Positions 20,591 to 22,333 of a DNA stretch of 22,333 nucleotides are shown in pieces. The stretch is from Octopus sinensis (lineage: Eukaryota). The position numbers and the translations under genes were made by a program. Where the stretch lies: contig NW_021836687.1 of the NCBI RefSeq assembly GCF_006345805.1, positions 1 through 22,333 of the forward strand. Reading direction: 5' to 3'. How positions within the stretch are numbered: the first letter of the stretch is position 1; the number at the start of each line of letters is the position of its first letter. A model generated the notes under the pieces. It made no database searches. It saw only the letters and a list, made by a program, of their open reading frames with translations, and was not told the origin of the DNA.

Positions 20591-20971
20591 ACATAGAAAG
20601 CAACGTGAAAATATAAGCAGCCATTGATGAAACCTCGAGCTAGAAAAATATTTAATATATTTAATATGGGAGAAAATATCTTCCTTTGTTACTGTTTTCC
20701 TTTTTAATTTTATTGTCGTACAAAATGTTATTAAGATTAAATTAGGAGCGAAAAGGACAATAAGCCAAAAGAGATTCGAGTTAAAATTCAATAAAAAAAT
20801 ATACGCAATAATGATATTTAATGAAAAAATTGATATATCCAATCGAATACAACTCTCTATATTTATTATAATCATTCTATATTATTATTAAAGAGCCATG
20901 CATGGCAAAGTTAATAACATATCTGAAATCTAATCTAGGTTTTAATGTTTGTTAACTTACCATAATCCCCG

Positions 20972-21129
20972 AAGGCGATGGACTGTCAGAGACGTTTGAA
21001 TCATGGACAAAATAGCAAGTGGTGTTGCGGCTGTCAATTTAGGGTGTGTATTTTTTTAAACAATGAGTTCAAATTTCGTAGAAATTGGTTTTGCTTTCGC
21101 TCCTCCCAGAGTTTGATATCATAAAGTAT
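20972..21129 (+). mobile_element. Old, heavily diverged copy of the array-forming SINE family
   Basis: GAGTTCAAATTTCGTAGAAATTGGTTTTGCTTTCGCTCCTCCCAGAGTTTGATATCATAAAGTAT aligns with GAGTTCAAATTCCGCCGAGGTCGACTTTGCCTTTCATCCTTTCGGGGTCGAT..AATAAGTAC. Confidence 0.45.
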
Positions 21130-21264
21130 GTTTCCAGGTGGTAAATGGTAAATTGCTGGAACTTTTAAAGCGTTGGACAAAGACATTTGTAGTGTTTGAT
21201 TTGGGTTATTATTGTGTTAACCTCTCTTAGTTAACATCGATGACGTTGGAGACAGAACACTAAT

Positions 21265-21305
21265 ATATATGTGTGCGTATGTGTGCACGTATGTGGGTGT
21301 TTGTT

Positions 21306-21357
<52 letters not shown>

Positions 21358-21390
21358 TGTGTGTGTGTGTGATGTGTATATGCATATATG
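21265..21390. repeat. (GT)n microsatellite
   Basis: Direct inspection. Confidence 0.9.
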
Positions 21391-21508
21391 TATGTATTAC
21401 TCTTACCCTTTTTACTTAAGAATATTTTTTAACCGGCCACATGCTTGGTGCAAAAGCTGTGAAGAAGAGCGTCTTGTTTTGTACATCGTCCTTTTATTAG
21501 CTCTTACA

Positions 21509-21911
21509 TCTCTCTATATATAAAGCTGAAGTTGTCTGTGTATGGCAGGTTTGGCAGCTTTCAACAAACACTATCTCCCTCTGAGACCCTGCGGCGCAAA
21601 TTGACCAAAATTGGGAGTATGATAGAAGAAGGCTTGTTCTTCATTCCATAGAAGAAAATATTCAAATTGGACCATGTTAACACCAAAATATATTTACATA
21701 AAAAAGGTGCTTTTTTCTATGGAAATCCCTTTTATTTTTTTTTCGATTTTTTTACTGTTGTGTCGCCATTTTTTGGTGTATTTCAACCAGAAAAATGTTC
21801 ACTTAAAGAGAATAACAAGCTACATAATGCAAAATTTTTACTTTTCAAAAATTCCAAATCTAAAGGGTCGAAAAGAAAACAAGCCCGAGCAACGCTGGGC
21901 TATACTGCTAG
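21509..21911 (+). mobile_element. Complete 403-bp non-autonomous Helitron
   Basis: A|TC 5' end (TCTCTCTATATATAAAGCTGAAG), 3' hairpin AGCCC-GAGCAACGCT-GGGCT (21882-21901), terminal CTAG followed by T, no TSD; second copy at 8924. Confidence 0.88.
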
Positions 21912-21992
21912 TATTTTTATAATATCAGATACTGTGATCATTTGTAGTGTATGAATTAAGGATTTACTGTTGTATATATGCATTTATGTTGG

Positions 21993-22333
21993 TATGTATG
22001 TATGTATGTATGTATGTATGTATGTATGTATGTATGTATGTATGGCTGTATGTATGTATGTATGGCTGTGTGACATTATTCAGTTTATTTCAAGAGTTCT
22101 TGCCAATAGAGAAATAACCAATTTCCGACCAAGATCCAAAGCTCCTTCATTGGAATTTCAACATCAACAACATGTATGTATGTATGTATGTATGTATGTA
22201 TGTATGTATGCATGTATGTATGTATGTATGTATGTATGTATGTATGTATGTATGTATGTATGTATTAATGCATGCATGTATGTATGTATGTATTATGTGT
22301 GTCATTATTCAGTGTTTTATTTCAAGATTTCTT
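21993..22333. repeat. (ATGT)n tracts alternating with a tandemly repeated unit of about 105 bp (22068-22171; second copy from about 22297, cut by the window end)
   Basis: TGTGTG(A/T)CATTATTCAGT..TTTATTTCAAGA.TT.CTT occurs twice, about 230 bp apart. Confidence 0.8.

Noticed and set aside
22100-22160. Hammerhead-like topology on the minus strand (GAAAT...CCAATGA...GGAAA...ATTTC)
   Set aside because: The core reads CCAAUGA rather than CUGAUGA and stem II does not pair convincingly in this copy.

Overview
AT-rich, microsatellite-dense eukaryotic genomic DNA. The SINE types and the (AT)n/(GT)n/(AAT)n/(ACAT)n load look most like an octopod cephalopod; this is recognition from memory, not a database hit. 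No intact recognisable protein gene, rRNA, functional tRNA or CRISPR array is supported, and most ORF-track entries are microsatellite artefacts. The window holds decayed fragments of three LINE types (RTE, CR1/L2-like, L1/Tx1-like), several tRNA-derived SINE families, two related non-autonomous Helitrons, a minisatellite and a few exon- or promoter-like islands. Three things stand out. (1) A tRNA-headed SINE-like element whose 3' module carries a minimal, dimer-type hammerhead ribozyme of the kind found in Penelope-like elements; one copy has an intact ribozyme but no head, the other has the head but a deleted ribozyme core. (2) Head-to-tail SINE arrays that all join at the same self-complementary junction. 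(3) A perfect 48-bp palindrome in non-repetitive DNA.
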